Assembly: GCA_951406725.2 (NCBI GenBank)
Contig: OX597815.1
Location: 127,472,001 to 127,536,000, forward strand
Direction of reading: 5' to 3'
Length of the DNA: 64,000 bases
DNA from: Octopus vulgaris
Taxonomy: Eukaryota
Every line of letters begins with the position of its first letter. The stretch's first letter is position 1. This document shows positions 51,401-63,860 of the stretch, piece by piece. Made by a program: the position numbers and the translations under genes. The notes under the pieces are model-generated. The model saw only the letters and a program-made list of their open reading frames with translations. It ran no database searches and was not told where the DNA came from.

Positions 51401-54400
51401 GAGGTTTGGCAAACATGACTGATAAAATAATTAACTAACTCTAGAAAATAAATACTGGAGAGTTGGTTTCTTAAACTAACCCCTTGAAAGCAATGCTCCA
51501 GCATGGCCACAGTACACTGACTGAAACAAGTAAAAGTAAAAGAAAAAAATAAACAAGCTTTCATACAGTTTCCATCAACCATTTTCCCTTACAAGGCATT
51601 GGTCAGTCTGAGGTTATGTTAGAAGACACTTGCCAAAGGAGTTGCACAGTGAGATAGAAGCTGAAACTATTCGGTTGGCAACTAAGTTCCTGCCATTTTT
51701 TTAAATTTTGGAATTTATTGCGTTTTTAAATTTTGAAATCTATTTTTTTCAAGAATTCTATTTTTGAATCATTTTGAAATCTTTTTTGATTTTTTCTAGT
51801 TAATTTTAGTTAATTTTTGTTTATTTTCAGATAATTAGAATGTCAAGTTAAGAAAAAGAAGCATTTCCGAAACCTCCTTCTTTTTGCTTTTAATCAAGGT
51901 TCTAAGGCCGCAAAAGCTGTTTGTGACATTTGTGCTGTGTATGGAGAGGGTACCATAGCTGAAAGAACCACTTGTGATTGGTATGCCAAGTTCAAAAATG
52001 GAAATTTTGACCTCAAAGATGCACCTCGTTCTGGCCATCCAGTTGAGTTCAATGAAGAGCAATTAAACCAACTTTTGCATGAAAATTCTTGTCAAATGAC
52101 AAGGGAACTGGCAGAGAAAATAGAATGTTCCCACGCTGCTATAGAGAAGCATCTTTACTCAATGGGAAAGGTTCAGAAGTATGGAGCATGGGTTTAAGTG
52201 ACAACAACAAAATCAACGAGCCACAATCTCCGCTGGTTTGCTTGCTCGTCACTGCTCAACTCATGGACACAAGCAACGATTTCTTTACCGAATTCTTACT
52301 GGCGATGTAAAATGGTGCCTGTACATCAATATGAAGCAGAGTATGGAATGGCTTAGCCCCAGTAAACAAGTGACACTGCACATGAAACAAGATCTTCATC
52401 TGTGTAAAACAATGTTGTGTGTATGGTGGGACTGGGAAGGGAGTATCCATTAGGAATTGCTTGAACAGAACCAAATGGTCAACACGGAACTCTATGTTCA
52501 ACAGATGGAACGACTCAACACAGCTGTTCAAGAGAAAAGACCTAATCGTCAGCATGGAGTTCTGCTGCATGACAACGCCCGCTCTCATATAACCAAGGAA
52601 GCCATTCAAACACATGGCTGGGAAGTGCTGCTACACCCGCCGTATTCTCCTGATTTGACACCAATGGATTTCAACCTCGTTCGATCTTTTTCAAATGTCA
52701 TGCATAGAGTTTTGTTCAATACTAGTGCAGAATCGAGAACTTGGTTGGATCAATTTTTCGAGTCAAAATCAGGTGATTTCTACCAATGAAGTATTGAAAA
52801 TGTTGTTAAACATTGGGAAGAAGTTGTAAACAACAAGGCTGAATACATTATGATTAATTAGTTGGTATTTTTTATTAAACCTTTTAAAAAATTAAAATTT
52901 TTAAAAAATGCGGGAACTTAGTTGCCAACCTAATGCATAACAAAACAAATTCCACAGCTACCAGCACCTGAAAAGAAAAAAATAGAAAGAAACCAGTAAA
53001 GTGAGAAAGAAAAATACCTGTTTTCGAACTGCCCATTGATAAAAGTGCATCAACTTCAGTCTCACACTGCGTTAGAACAATGTCGGAAGTTTTACAGTCA
53101 TTCTCATTAGAAGTTTGTTTTGGTTCGACTATATTTGCAGATTTATCTTGATTCTCATTTAGATCTGTTTCCCCTGTAGTTTCAGCACAAGCCATTTCTC
53201 ATCAGTTTCAGGAACCTGAAATCCAGTTGATAATATAGTCTCTACTGTTTTATGACTAAATACTGGCAGTGACTCTTGAAGTATGGTACTGCCAGAATCT
53301 GGCAGATATTTGGCTTCCTATGCAGCTGCTGCAGTAAAGAAAGCATCAATCTGATCTGGCTGAAATAAATGAAATAACAAACAACAATAAAGAATTCCTC
53401 ATAATTAAGAAAAAACATTTTAGGAGAAAACAATTTCCTTAATGCTGCTTTATATGTTTACTATGGATGGTTTTTAGGTTTAAATCTGATAATGGGTGAT
53501 AGGGATCCTATAATCTATAGGAATACCAATAATGATATTATTTTCATTTGGTGAATGTAGAGCAGTCGTTAGCCACAGGTGGCCCATAGAACTTTCTGGA
53601 TGGCATACCTGACAAAAAAATTACTTTCACTTTTTTCTCTTGTGTGGCCCACATGATAATGAGCAATGTCTTATGTGACCCCTTCTCAAAAAAGGTTGCA
53701 CATGCTTGATCAAAAGTAAATCATTTTGATGGAACCTACCCATCAACAAATTATATCTTTTATAAGAATTATTGCAAACTTAAGCAAGTTTTGAGTTCAG
53801 TTCCAATACACAGCACTTTGGGAAAGTGTCTTCTACTGTAGCCCTGGGCCAGCTAAAGCCTTTTGAGTGGATTTGGTTCACAGAAACTGGAAGATGTAAT
53901 TATGTATGTATGTAGTTACATAAAAATATATTTACATAAAAAGGTATCTTCAATGTTCTTTCTAAGATAAAATATTTCAATATTTAACCCTTTAGCATTT
54001 AAATCAGTCATATCTGGCCCAAAATGTCCTACCTATTTTATGATCGAAGTGGCCAGATCTGGCTTCTCATACCTACTTGACAATGTCATTCAAATCAAAC
54101 ATTCACATCATTGAAATCTCAAAGCTATGAGATAATGCTTGATTACTTCAAAGCAATGTGAATGAATAAGCATTACAATTGAGAGGATAACCTGATTGTT
54201 AAAGGGTTAAGCAACTCTCTAAAGACAAACCAATAGAATAAAAATTACAGTAGTAGAATAAAAATTAGTTGTCATGAGAAAATAGTCATAGCATTCATTT
54301 ATTCATAAGTAAAAGATGTAGAAGAAGAAAAGTTCAAGATCTGGAAAGTATTACTTACACTGAATAATGAAACAGGAAGAGCAAGCTGCTCATGGAGTGG

Positions 54401-57400
54401 TATGCACTGAAGGCTTTCTGCAAGCTTTTCACAATTTAAGGCAACAACACTTGAATTAATTGATTTCTCATCTTCCCATTCTTTTTCATCTTTAAATCGA
54501 AACTGTGACAAAGAATCAGCTAAAAATCAAAGACATAAAAAGGTTTGCTTTTTATCAAATGTACAAACAAAAAGAATCAAAATACAATACAAAAACAGTA
54601 TTCTAAAGGTGTTAATAGACCCAAAGGTAGCATTAATTTGATGAAGCAACAATCTATTTCTTTATTTATCTCTGCTTTTGGAGCCAGATTGAATGAAAAA
54701 AGCCAACACAATAAGTGTTAGATCTTAAGGCTAAAAGTTAAACAAAAACCACAAATAGGTTTTATATTATCATTATTTGAAACAACATCAAATTAATCCT
54801 TTAGCATTTAAACTGGCCCTTTATTTGACCTGAATATTTTACCCGTTTTATGTTCAAACCAGCTAAATATGGCTTCTCACACCTACCATACAATGCCACT
54901 CTTAAAAATAAATAATCACATCTTTGAAATTTCAAAGCTATGAGAGAAAGAATGATTAATTCAAAACAATGTGTATAAAATAAGCATTACATTTGACAGA
55001 ATAATCTGTATTTTAAAGAAGAGGAAGGGTCTCTACACTTGACCTGCTAGAAATAGCAACCAAATCTTTCCCAAATCCTACCCTGCCAAGGTCAATAAAT
55101 TAAGTACCAGTTACGTACAGGGGTTGATCTAATAAACTACCCCACCCACCTATCAAAAAATTGGGGGCCTTGTGCCTAGAGAAGAAAAGAGTATTTCAAT
55201 AGCATATTTGTCTAACAGACATAAAACAGAGTTGAGAAAATGTTTCATCATCGGTAGAATAATTATCTGAGAAAGTAAAACTAGAGGGAAAATGTCTACA
55301 TTATTAATGTACCCCCACAAAAACTGAATGAGAAACAGGACTTGAAATATGGAGTACTCAAAGAATCAAATCAATGGATCGCTACTGGCAAAAGCACATC
55401 CTTAACACTTTTGTTACCATGTTTTAGTGAAACAACACACCTGCCTTTGTTTCAATTAATTTTGAAAATAACAAAGAATTTAGTAGAATAATCTTATGTG
55501 ATTAGAGAAAAAGGGGGTGAAAGAAAAGAGGAGAGGAGAAAAAGAGGGAGAGAGAAGCATCCATGACGTGAGGCAGAGGGAATGTAATTGTAATGCTTTC
55601 ATGTGATTAGTTGAAGAGAAAGAGAGGAGAAAGGAAAAGGAGAAAAGGAGGATAAGGTGAAAAGTGAGACAAAAAGAGGGAGAGAGAAGTGTCCACGACA
55701 TGACGTAGAGGGAACGTAATATTTATTATGTTGTTAAAAAAGTTAGTTGACGGTAGAGGAGAGTTAAAAATATGATTTTAGCAGAGGAGTGATAGTAAGG
55801 TTAAAGAAACAAGAGAGGGAGGAGGAGAGAAAAAGAGAGGCAGGAGAGAGAGAGGTGATTAGATAGTGAAAAATGATTTTTTTTAGTTGAACTAAGTCAT
55901 TTTTTATATCACCTACCACTTAACACATGCACATAAGTGCAATTCCATGAAGCAATCATGCTTATTTATGTGATAGATATATGCAATTTAGCTAAAGGTT
56001 GTATCATATGTACACAATATTTTTTTTAATTTATGGCAAAAATGGAAAAATAAGAGTGCTGTGTATTAAGTCTATAAAATTGTACATAAAGTATATAAAA
56101 TGTATATATAAAGTGTATTAAGTAATCATTGTATTCCAATTTTGTTCACTTTTCAATGAGTACCAGATGAGTGACTATCTTTTCATACAGACACAACACA
56201 GGCTACGCTTTCAGGTTTTTTGGATAAAGTTTTCAGAAATAACCAAATAGATTTACGATTAATTCTGTGAAATACCACTAGTTTAGTCATTAATACACTA
56301 GTGTTTGAAAGTTAAATTGACATAAAATTTTGATGCAAGGTTATAATTTGGATTAGTTTAAAAGAGGAAGTTTGTATCATTGACCCAGAGTTGCTTTCAT
56401 GCAGGTTGGTATCAAAAGGATTAATTGTAGCCCTTCTTCTTGGGGCCAAAAGATGCTTCACTCACAGTAATTATTTACACTCTACAAAGTGAAGCCCATA
56501 ATGGAGTATTGCTTTTACATCTGAGATGCTGCTGTGGCTGCTGCACACACACATCCTAGGCCAGAAAAAAGCCACAGACTTGAACATAGTCACTCACAGT
56601 CTCACTGCAGCTAATGACCTACAATCACACTATTTCTTGCCTCAATTTTATATCTACCACTATTATAATGGTCCTTACAGCTGGCTGGGTTTATGCTACC
56701 AACATTCAAGCATTCCCCACTCACTTTTCTCTTTTCAGTATCTTTGCTCTTCTTCACCAAGTCCTTTTTATCAGAATGTCAGCGCTCTACAATTTCAACA
56801 GTTTGAGAGAAACATCAAACCTCACCAATCTAGAAAGCTCTGCAAACATCATGAGCACTGCAAGACACAACTAGTAAAGAAAAAAGTAATTGCCATTCAT
56901 AGAGAAGGCCTGGGTTGGAGCTACTCAACAACAACAGCTGTTTTCCATGCACTAAAAACTTGCTGTTACATTATTATTGTTAAAGTGGAAAACTAGTAGA
57001 ACTGTTAGCATTTCTTCTGGCATATTTGACATTTTGTATTCAAATTCCACTGAGGATGACTTTGGCTTTCATAATTTCAGAGTCAACGAAAATAGGCACC
57101 AGTTGAGCACTGGGGTTGATGAAATTGACTTCTCCTTCCCCTCAAAATTGCTGGCCTTGTGCCAAAATTAGAAAGAATTATCATTAATATTATTATCAAC
57201 AATACCTGTTTGACTGAGCAAGCTTACAAAGTCAACACCAATCTGCTGAGGTTTCACATCATCTTCATCTTCTGGTGGTAAAGGAGCATAACGATCCCAA
57301 TTACTGGCAAGTTTTCTCCGTCGAAATAAAGGCTTAGAAACACTGTCAAGTTCTTCAGAATCACTCACCTGGAATAATGGATCATTAATATTCTTATTTA

Positions 57401-58975
57401 AGGATCTGAAATTTCACAGTCAAATGATTAAGAAAATACATATCAACTAAGGTTTTATATTTAATATCATTTTTATTAATCTGATGCTGTGATATTCTTC
57501 AAATCTGGAAGCATTATCCAATTTAATTGTGTTCTGTCATTCTTCCAAAATGATAAAAATCTAGTTCAGAAAACATTTTACAAGTAATGTAAGTTTTATC
57601 TCCATAAACCACAATATAACCAGTTACACTTATATCTGAAATTGATCAAAGAAAAGTTATATTTTCGTACTAAACAGTTAAGCACAACGATTAAAATAGG
57701 CCCTTTATGGAGGGGTCCTACATACAAAGCACTTTAAAAAGAAGTACTTCATTTATGAAAAATGGAAGGTTGAAAAATTAAGTTGATCTGGTCAAATTTG
57801 AACTAAAAATACGCAGATTTTTAACGCTTTTGTCGTTGCCATCAACAATACCTAAGTATTTAAAAAAGGAAAACAAACTACCCATATGACAATATTCGTT
57901 TCTACTCTAGACACAAGGCCCGAAATTTTGGGGGTGGGGACCACTCGATTAGATCGACTCAGTACGCAACTGTTACATTAAAGGTAAAGTCGACCTCAGC
58001 GAAATTTGCTAACGTTTCTGCCAGCTCGCCGCCTCCTATATAACAATATTAAAATATCGAATGAATTCTCTGCAACAGGAGACGTCACAACTTTCAGGTC
58101 ACCAAAAAATTTCCTTCGTAGATACATGGTGTCGAATTTGTCAAGAAGAAACAATATTGATTTCGGTACTAGTCGTAGAGACTGGACCCGGTGCGCGCAT
58201 ACGCGCATCCACGCTAGCCAGTTGTAGGTAGTCGATCCTACAGCGACTTGCGTATGCAAATAAGCTGATTGGCGCAACACTGCAAAAACTAAGTTAACAG
58301 CGAGCCCCTACTGAAGATTAGGAAATATTTTTCAACGATATACGGTGTATATTATTTTAAAGACAATTGATTTCTAACAAAGCCTCGAATTTCGAGGGGA
58401 GAATAATCGATTAAACCAACCCAAGTACTTGGATGCTATTTTTAGTTTAACGACCAACGTAAGTATGAAAAACAAAACTTCGGTGACATTTAAACGCAAA
58501 AGTTGTTTTCAGAAAGCATTTTGTCCCACGTTCTTATAGAAAAGGGGGAAAGGGTTAGTCGTTTCAATCAACCTCAGTATCTGATTGATATTTTATCGTA
58601 CCCTATAGAATGAGAGTCAAAGCTGACCTCAACGGGATTTGAACCCAGGACATAAAGAACCTGAAAAATAAACACAAAGCACTTCCCCGACACTAAAGAT
58701 TCTTCCAGCTCAATAACATAAACAAAAATAGATGGCTATATAACCTGGTAGTCGGGATTTAATTCCACGACAACTATACATTGTTTAACGTTAGTAATAC
58801 AAAATATTTTCCTTATATTTGTAAAATCTTCTTTCTGATGATTCAAGTGTGATTCCGTTTTCTTCGTTCCATGTTCTTGTCCTTTGTTTTCTTTGTGCTC
58901 TTTGCCTTTGGTAGGAATTCCATGTTTCTTTTTATATTGCTGACTTTTTTTCTGTTTGTGCTGGTCAGGCCTCAT
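48428..58975 (-). CDS. AVEN: Cell death regulator Aven, 6 coding exons; exon 4 disrupted as assembled
   Basis: RRKLASNWDRY...GVDFVSLLS/ADSLSQFRFKDEKEW...LAESLQCIPLHEQL and C-terminal LEDWLDSVL match conserved AVEN blocks. All junctions are GT-AG with compatible phases. Confidence 0.9.
49501..49617 (-). CDS. AVEN: AVEN coding exon 5
   Basis: atag|AT GTA AAT...KKTEK C|gtatgt; open 117 nt, phase 1 to phase 1. Confidence 0.7.
50460..50635 (-). mobile_element. RTE 3'-tail fragment in AVEN intron
   Basis: (CAT)n-ttaacgtctgtttttccatg...gatgcccttactaacaccaaccac. A weaker relative lies at ~49820-49990. Confidence 0.65.
51670..52933 (+). mobile_element. Full-length mariner (DD34D) transposon, inactivated, in AVEN intron 4
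   Basis: TIRs ttcggttggcaactaagttcc / ggaacttagttgccaacctaa, left flank TA; motifs DAPRSG, ILTGDVKW, LLHDNARSH and HPPYSPDLTPMDF. Confidence 0.93.
53018..53359 (-). CDS. AVEN: AVEN coding exon 4, with in-frame TAG at 53320-53318 and a frame change near 53200
   Basis: atttcag|CCA GAT CAG...; donor ACA G|gtatt. Length is 342 nt, but phase 0 to phase 1 needs 3n+1. Confidence 0.65.
53988..54206. mobile_element. piggyBac-type MITE
   Basis: TTAA-cccttta...taaaggg-TTAA termini. Confidence 0.75.
54359..54519 (-). CDS. AVEN: AVEN coding exon 3
   Basis: ttttag|CT GAT...SQFRFKDEKEW...AGT|gtaagt; 161 nt. Confidence 0.92.
54797..55020. mobile_element. piggyBac-type MITE, second diverged copy
   Basis: Same-orientation homologue of 53988-54206. 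Confidence 0.65.
55406..56420. mobile_element. piggyBac-type MITE interrupted by ~0.8 kb of other sequence
   Basis: TTAA-cacttttgttacca ... tggtatcaaaagga-TTAA; the internal purine-rich part has a ~135-bp tandem duplication. Confidence 0.5.
57206..57368 (-). CDS. AVEN: AVEN coding exon 2
   Basis: ttccag|GTG...SNWDRY...ACA G|gtatt; 163 nt. Confidence 0.9.
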
Positions 58976-59520
58976 GTTTTCGACATCACTACGGCTCTCT
59001 TCTGTTTTGAAAAATAGGGAACACTATTCACGTCTTTTAGAGTTATTCCCCCTCACAACTGTATGATTATCTTGTGTATCCCAACAACGGACATACACAT
59101 ACTTCGCTCTCTACCACTTCTATCTATCTGCCTTTCTTTTGCTCAACTTCTGTGACATTAAACCCATGTATTTAAGAGCATAAATCTTAACAAGCAGTTA
59201 AACATTGTTACAGCCCAATAAATGCGTATGTGCGTTTGTACATTATCGTCGGCTCAAAATCCATAAATCGATTTGTCAATAGGATCGGTATTTGTTTATT
59301 TGTAAAAAAGAGTAGGGATATTAATATTTCAATGTGCGTGTGTGTGCGCGCGCTCACACACAATCCTTTACATTATTGTCCTATTAGAGTTATTCCCCTT
59401 CACATATTACTCTAAATAATCCGGAGTGTCAGAACCCCCCCCCCCCCATTCGCCTGCGAATAGCTGTGGATTAAATTTTCCAATGACGGGATGACTCTCA
59501 TTCGAAAACCAGAACGAAAT
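57800..59520 (-). promoter_or_regulatory. CpG-retaining region spanning the AVEN 5' end, probable promoter
   Basis: CpG dinucleotides are visibly more frequent than in the CpG-depleted introns, and the region surrounds the start codon. Confidence 0.45.
58745..58975 (-). CDS. AVEN: AVEN coding exon 1 (MRPDQHKQKKSQQYKKKHG...PDYQ)
   Basis: ATG at 58975; donor CAG|GTTAT, phase 0, matching exon 2. The exact donor is less certain. Confidence 0.7.
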
Positions 59521-59699
59521 GTGAACGAAGTTAGTATGTATTATTGTTTACATATTGTAGCAACAAGGGATTTATATCACGGTTCTTGATTATTTTGTAA
59601 ATTAAAATAGTAAATGTAATTTACTAATACAAATACAGCTATAGTTAGAGGGCGTAACTACAGATTTGTACCCCCAACGATTTTGTTGCCTCATAGCTT

Positions 59700-59985
59700 C
59701 CAGAAAAATGGATACTTTTTGACGAAATTTTCAAAAAATACCACTTAGATAGTGTGGATTCAGAAAATATAGGGATTTATGGGAGATAATTTTTTCGAGA
59801 GGGTGGGGAGAAGAGTTTCAGAAAATTCACACGATCCGACTTCTTCCCTCAGAATTTTCAGGAAAATCTATATCTTTTAATGAAATTTTATACAAATACC
59901 TTTCAAACGGTTTAGATTACGATTATAAAGAAATTTGTGGGAAAATGTTTTTCCGAGGGAATGGGGAGAGGAGTTTCGAAAAAAA
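59700..59985. repeat. Diverged ~160-bp tandem duplication
   Basis: ...tttcgagagggtggggagaagagtttcagaaa versus ...ttccgagggaatggggagaggagtttcgaaaa. Confidence 0.6.
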
Positions 59986-60246
59986 CGGAGTTTCAGATGA
60001 GGAAGACTAAATGAGTTGGAACTACTGTTTTGAGGGAAAGTTTTCCCCTTTTTTTAAACCCCAACCTTCGAAATGATGGCGGGTGGCGGGCATCTTTTTA
60101 TGAAAAAAAGTTTTGAATTTTTTTTTTTTACAACCCCCCCCCCCATCTCACTCCGGACCCATTTGGGATAATTTTGTTTTTGCATTTTAAAACCATGGGA
60201 GTAAATAAAAGATATCAAAAATTTGTTAATATTTTTTAAGGAAAAA

Positions 60247-60325
60247 GTGGCACTGTCATGCTTTTAGTTGTCACGTCAGATTTTTCTACTTTCACTTCTG
60301 ACAACTAAAAGCATGACAGTGCCAC
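60247..60325. repeat. Perfect 27-bp inverted repeat, 25-bp spacer
   Basis: gtggcactgtcatgcttttagttgtca / tgacaactaaaagcatgacagtgccac. Confidence 0.95.
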
Positions 60326-61090
60326 CCTTTTTTCTTCTTTTTCCTCCTTTTCTACTTTCGTTAATGTATCTTATTTGCCAAATTTTAATTCTATCGGCTA
60401 CTGTTGAATTTTTCTTTCACTTTCTTGAAAATTCAAATGAAAGTTTATCAAAAGGAAGTTTATCAAGTTATGAACTTTTCCAGCTCCTCCCACCGGCTTG
60501 GATACAGAGTGGTGCTGTGGATGGGGAGAAGATAATTCATGTCAACACCTGAACTCACTGCACAATAATGTAAATATGTTGCAAAGAATGAAAGCATGAA
60601 AATTCGTCCTAACAATGTTTTATTCTGTAGTAATGAGTTTTTATCATGACAGGTTGACTGATTTATTTTCAGTTTGACTGTTTTAAAATAGACTTGTGTT
60701 TTTCCATGCTTATTTTGGATTATATATCTTGTATAGAAGTAATGGGGGTGGCTGGGTCACCCCTTTATATTTATACTTACTTTTTTTTTTCAAGTATTGT
60801 AGTTATATTTACCAATAGATATTAAATGTAAGATTGGAAGCGAAATATGATGTTCTCAGGTTTATATCAGAACAGTTTTAGGATTTCTGCAGATTTTACT
60901 TTTCCATTTATAAGTTGGCCAGTCTGCATCCTGAATCAGTATTCTTCACCTCAAGAATTTACAAGCAGCAAACATAAGAATTGTTAATGACCAATGAAAG
61001 AATTGTTAGTGGCAAACTGATAAGTTGTGTTTTCAATTTTATATTTTTATTAATCATTCAGTTTATTTTTTTGCTTCCTACTACATTATA

Positions 61091-63860
61091 ATGAGCAAAG
61101 AAAAAACAAAGTTGTACCAGCAAAAATTCTGAAAGGAATAGCTTAAGATACTAGCATTTACTAAGTGGTTGTATGAAGTACCTAGTGACCAATTTAAAGC
61201 ACATTGCAGATATTGTAGATGTAATATGTCAGCAAAATATTCTCTTTTAGTAAGCCACTGTGAAGCAAAGAAACATAAGGCATCAACTTTACAGAAAATG
61301 GTCCCTCTTACCAATTTTATTAAATGATAAAACATCTATGCTTGAAGCAAATTTAGCAATGTTTATTTGTTGCCACTCATCATTTAATAGCTGTGATCAC
61401 TTAATAGAGTTATGTAAGAATTATATGTCTGATAGTGATATATCCAAAGTGAAGTTGCATCACACAAAATGTGCAAATATTGTGAGAAATGTTCTAGCTC
61501 CATCTTTTGATGGAGATTTGATTTCTGATACAGGAGATAGAAAATTTAGCCTGTTATTAGATGAATCCAATGATATATCAACAAACAAGTTGTTAGGAAT
61601 TGTTATCATATAGTGACACTCACAAAAAAGTGGAACATACATATCTCAGTATGGTATTGTAGAGTGACCGTATGTAAAGGTGATGGTGACAAATGTCTCC
61701 TTTTTGAACGCCGCACGGTCGCCTTACAAAAGAAGCCAAAATACAAGTACCAAAAGGAATAAGAAGAAAAAAACAACCATATAATGTAAGAAAAAGGTTT
61801 TATTTATAAGTTTTGATAATGTGGGAAGCAGAGCGTGTGTGTGTGAGTGCGACAAGTGTGTGTCTGAGTGTTCATGAGTGCAACAAGTGTGTGTCTGTGT
61901 GTTCGTGAGTGCAACAAGTGTGTGTCTGTGTATTCGTGTGTGTTATAAGTTGTACATAATAAAGAACAATGAAAAGTCTATAACAGGATGCTAGATGGAT
62001 GTTCAGACACAAATAAAGGTAATTACCAGTTTGTAGTAATATACACAATTGCAGAGTTTCTGTAACAGAGAAGTTGAGGCTACAAAAGTGGAGAGCCGGT
62101 TGAACACATGTCGTGTAGAGGTTGTGACTTCTATCCTAGGCCAAGTTACTTGGTACAGAAGATCTTGCAGGTAGGCTGAGCTGTTAAACTTGGTGAGTAT
62201 TCACAAACCGCTTGTAGTTTAAACCTGGACGATGTTGCGGTTGGTGTGTATATAGACATGTTGGTGGTGTCGATAAGCTTAAGGCGACGGTGGTGATGAC
62301 AGTGTTAAGGTGAAGGCGATGATGGTGAAAGGTCCTGAGTTGCTGCGGTGATGTTGGTGTCATCGCTATCAGTCACTGGAACTGGTTGAGTTGCTGGAAC
62401 ATGGCTGTCTGTCGCTGGATGCTCTGTGGTCAATGGTCTAGGACCAAAGACCCAAATGGTTTGTCATGACTAGCTTTTAAAGGGTTTAGGTGGCTCAAAC
62501 AAGGCATTAGAAAAACAGTGTCATGGGACCTTATCTGAAGGTTACGATTGGTTGGTTTACACATTGGTGTGAAATAAAGCAAGAGATAAATCTGCACCAA
62601 AACCAACCAATTAGAGTAGCAAATACAACAGGGCCTAATCAGCTGAAGGATGGCTGCTATCGGCCACGACATTATTTGTATGATGTGTCTCAAAGAGGGA
62701 TAATGTATTTCACTGACCACTACAGTATCTTTAGAAACATGTGATACAGATGGCATTGTAGATGCCTTAAAAATTGAATTAGTAAAAAAGAAATTAGATA
62801 TAAAAAATTTACTGGCTATAGGAACCGACAATGATAGAGTAATGATAGGAGTCAACAATGGTGTTTTCCAGAAATTAAAAGAAGTCCCATCATTACTTCT
62901 ATTTTGATGTGTATGTCATTCTTTACAGTTGGTACTATCCAACACTTGTGCTGAATGTTTGCCCATAAATTTAGAATTTTTAATGTCCGAAACCTATAAA
63001 TGGTCCTCTCATTCTTCAGCAAGACAAAGTACCTACAAACAACTTTACCTTGCTATCAATGATAAAGAGCGTTTGAAGACCGTGAATTCTTGTACAACTA
63101 GATGGATGTCAATAGAACCAGCAGTAAATAGAATTTTAAGCTAATGGTTTGAATTACAAAATCACTTCCAAACTACAACTACAAATGGAAAATGCTTTAC
63201 AGCACAAATGTTACATGAAATGTTTTGTGATTCTAGGAATGGACTTTACCTTTTATTTTTGCATCCAATTTTAAAACATGTTCAGGAAGTGAATAAACTG
63301 TTTGAATCAAACACTGTTGACAAAACAAAATTACTTGAAGATCTTTCAAATTTGATCAAATCTGTAGCCAATATGATAGTGTTGCCAACATATAGAATTG
63401 GTCCTCTTGATCCAGATGCTCCTATTGAAAAATTTCTGGATCCTAAACCAAATTTAGGCTACAGGTTCAAGAGAAAGATAGCAGAAATGATTATCAAGAA
63501 GACTGCAACAGCCACTGAAGAAAATAATATTCGCAAAAGAGCACAACAATTTTTACTCTGCCTTTATAAAGAGCTCAAGTACTGTTTGCCAGGAAATATT
63601 GATATACTGAGGAATATCAAATGTTTTTCAGTAGAGAATATTTTGCACCATTTCAAAGAGCCAATTTTACCGGTCTTAGAAGCAGTGCATTTAAACGAAA
63701 AAAAAATTGCTTCAATTGAAATTCAGTTTAATAACATTCATTTAGTTAAATGGACAAATATGTCTACTACCGAAGCATTCTGGCTATAAGTCCTGGAATA
63801 TAAAGATGCTACAGGAGGAAATCCTTTAAGAGATGTTGCAAATTTTGCCATTAAAACAAC
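61091..63860 (+). pseudogene. hAT transposase pseudogene (ZNF862-like), split by a solo LTR
   Basis: Zinc finger CRYC...HCEAKKH, FSLLLDESND, GTDND..M.G..NGV, CVCHSLQL and TTRWMS motifs; internal stops. Confidence 0.85.
61658..62724 (-). mobile_element. Solo LTR (TG...CA, 4-bp TSD; Gypsy-like)
   Basis: Termini tgtag...ctaca with gtat on both sides. Removal restores the hAT frame YLSMVSLETCDTDGI. Strand is inferred from minus-strand AATAAA at ~61800. Confidence 0.85.

Noticed and set aside
56526-56996. 156-aa + strand ORF in AVEN intron 2
   Set aside because: No recognisable motif or splice support; likely chance or decayed repeat.
61091-63860. Domesticated ZNF862/ZBED-type host gene
   Set aside because: Multiple stops, frameshifts and an LTR insertion in the coding region.
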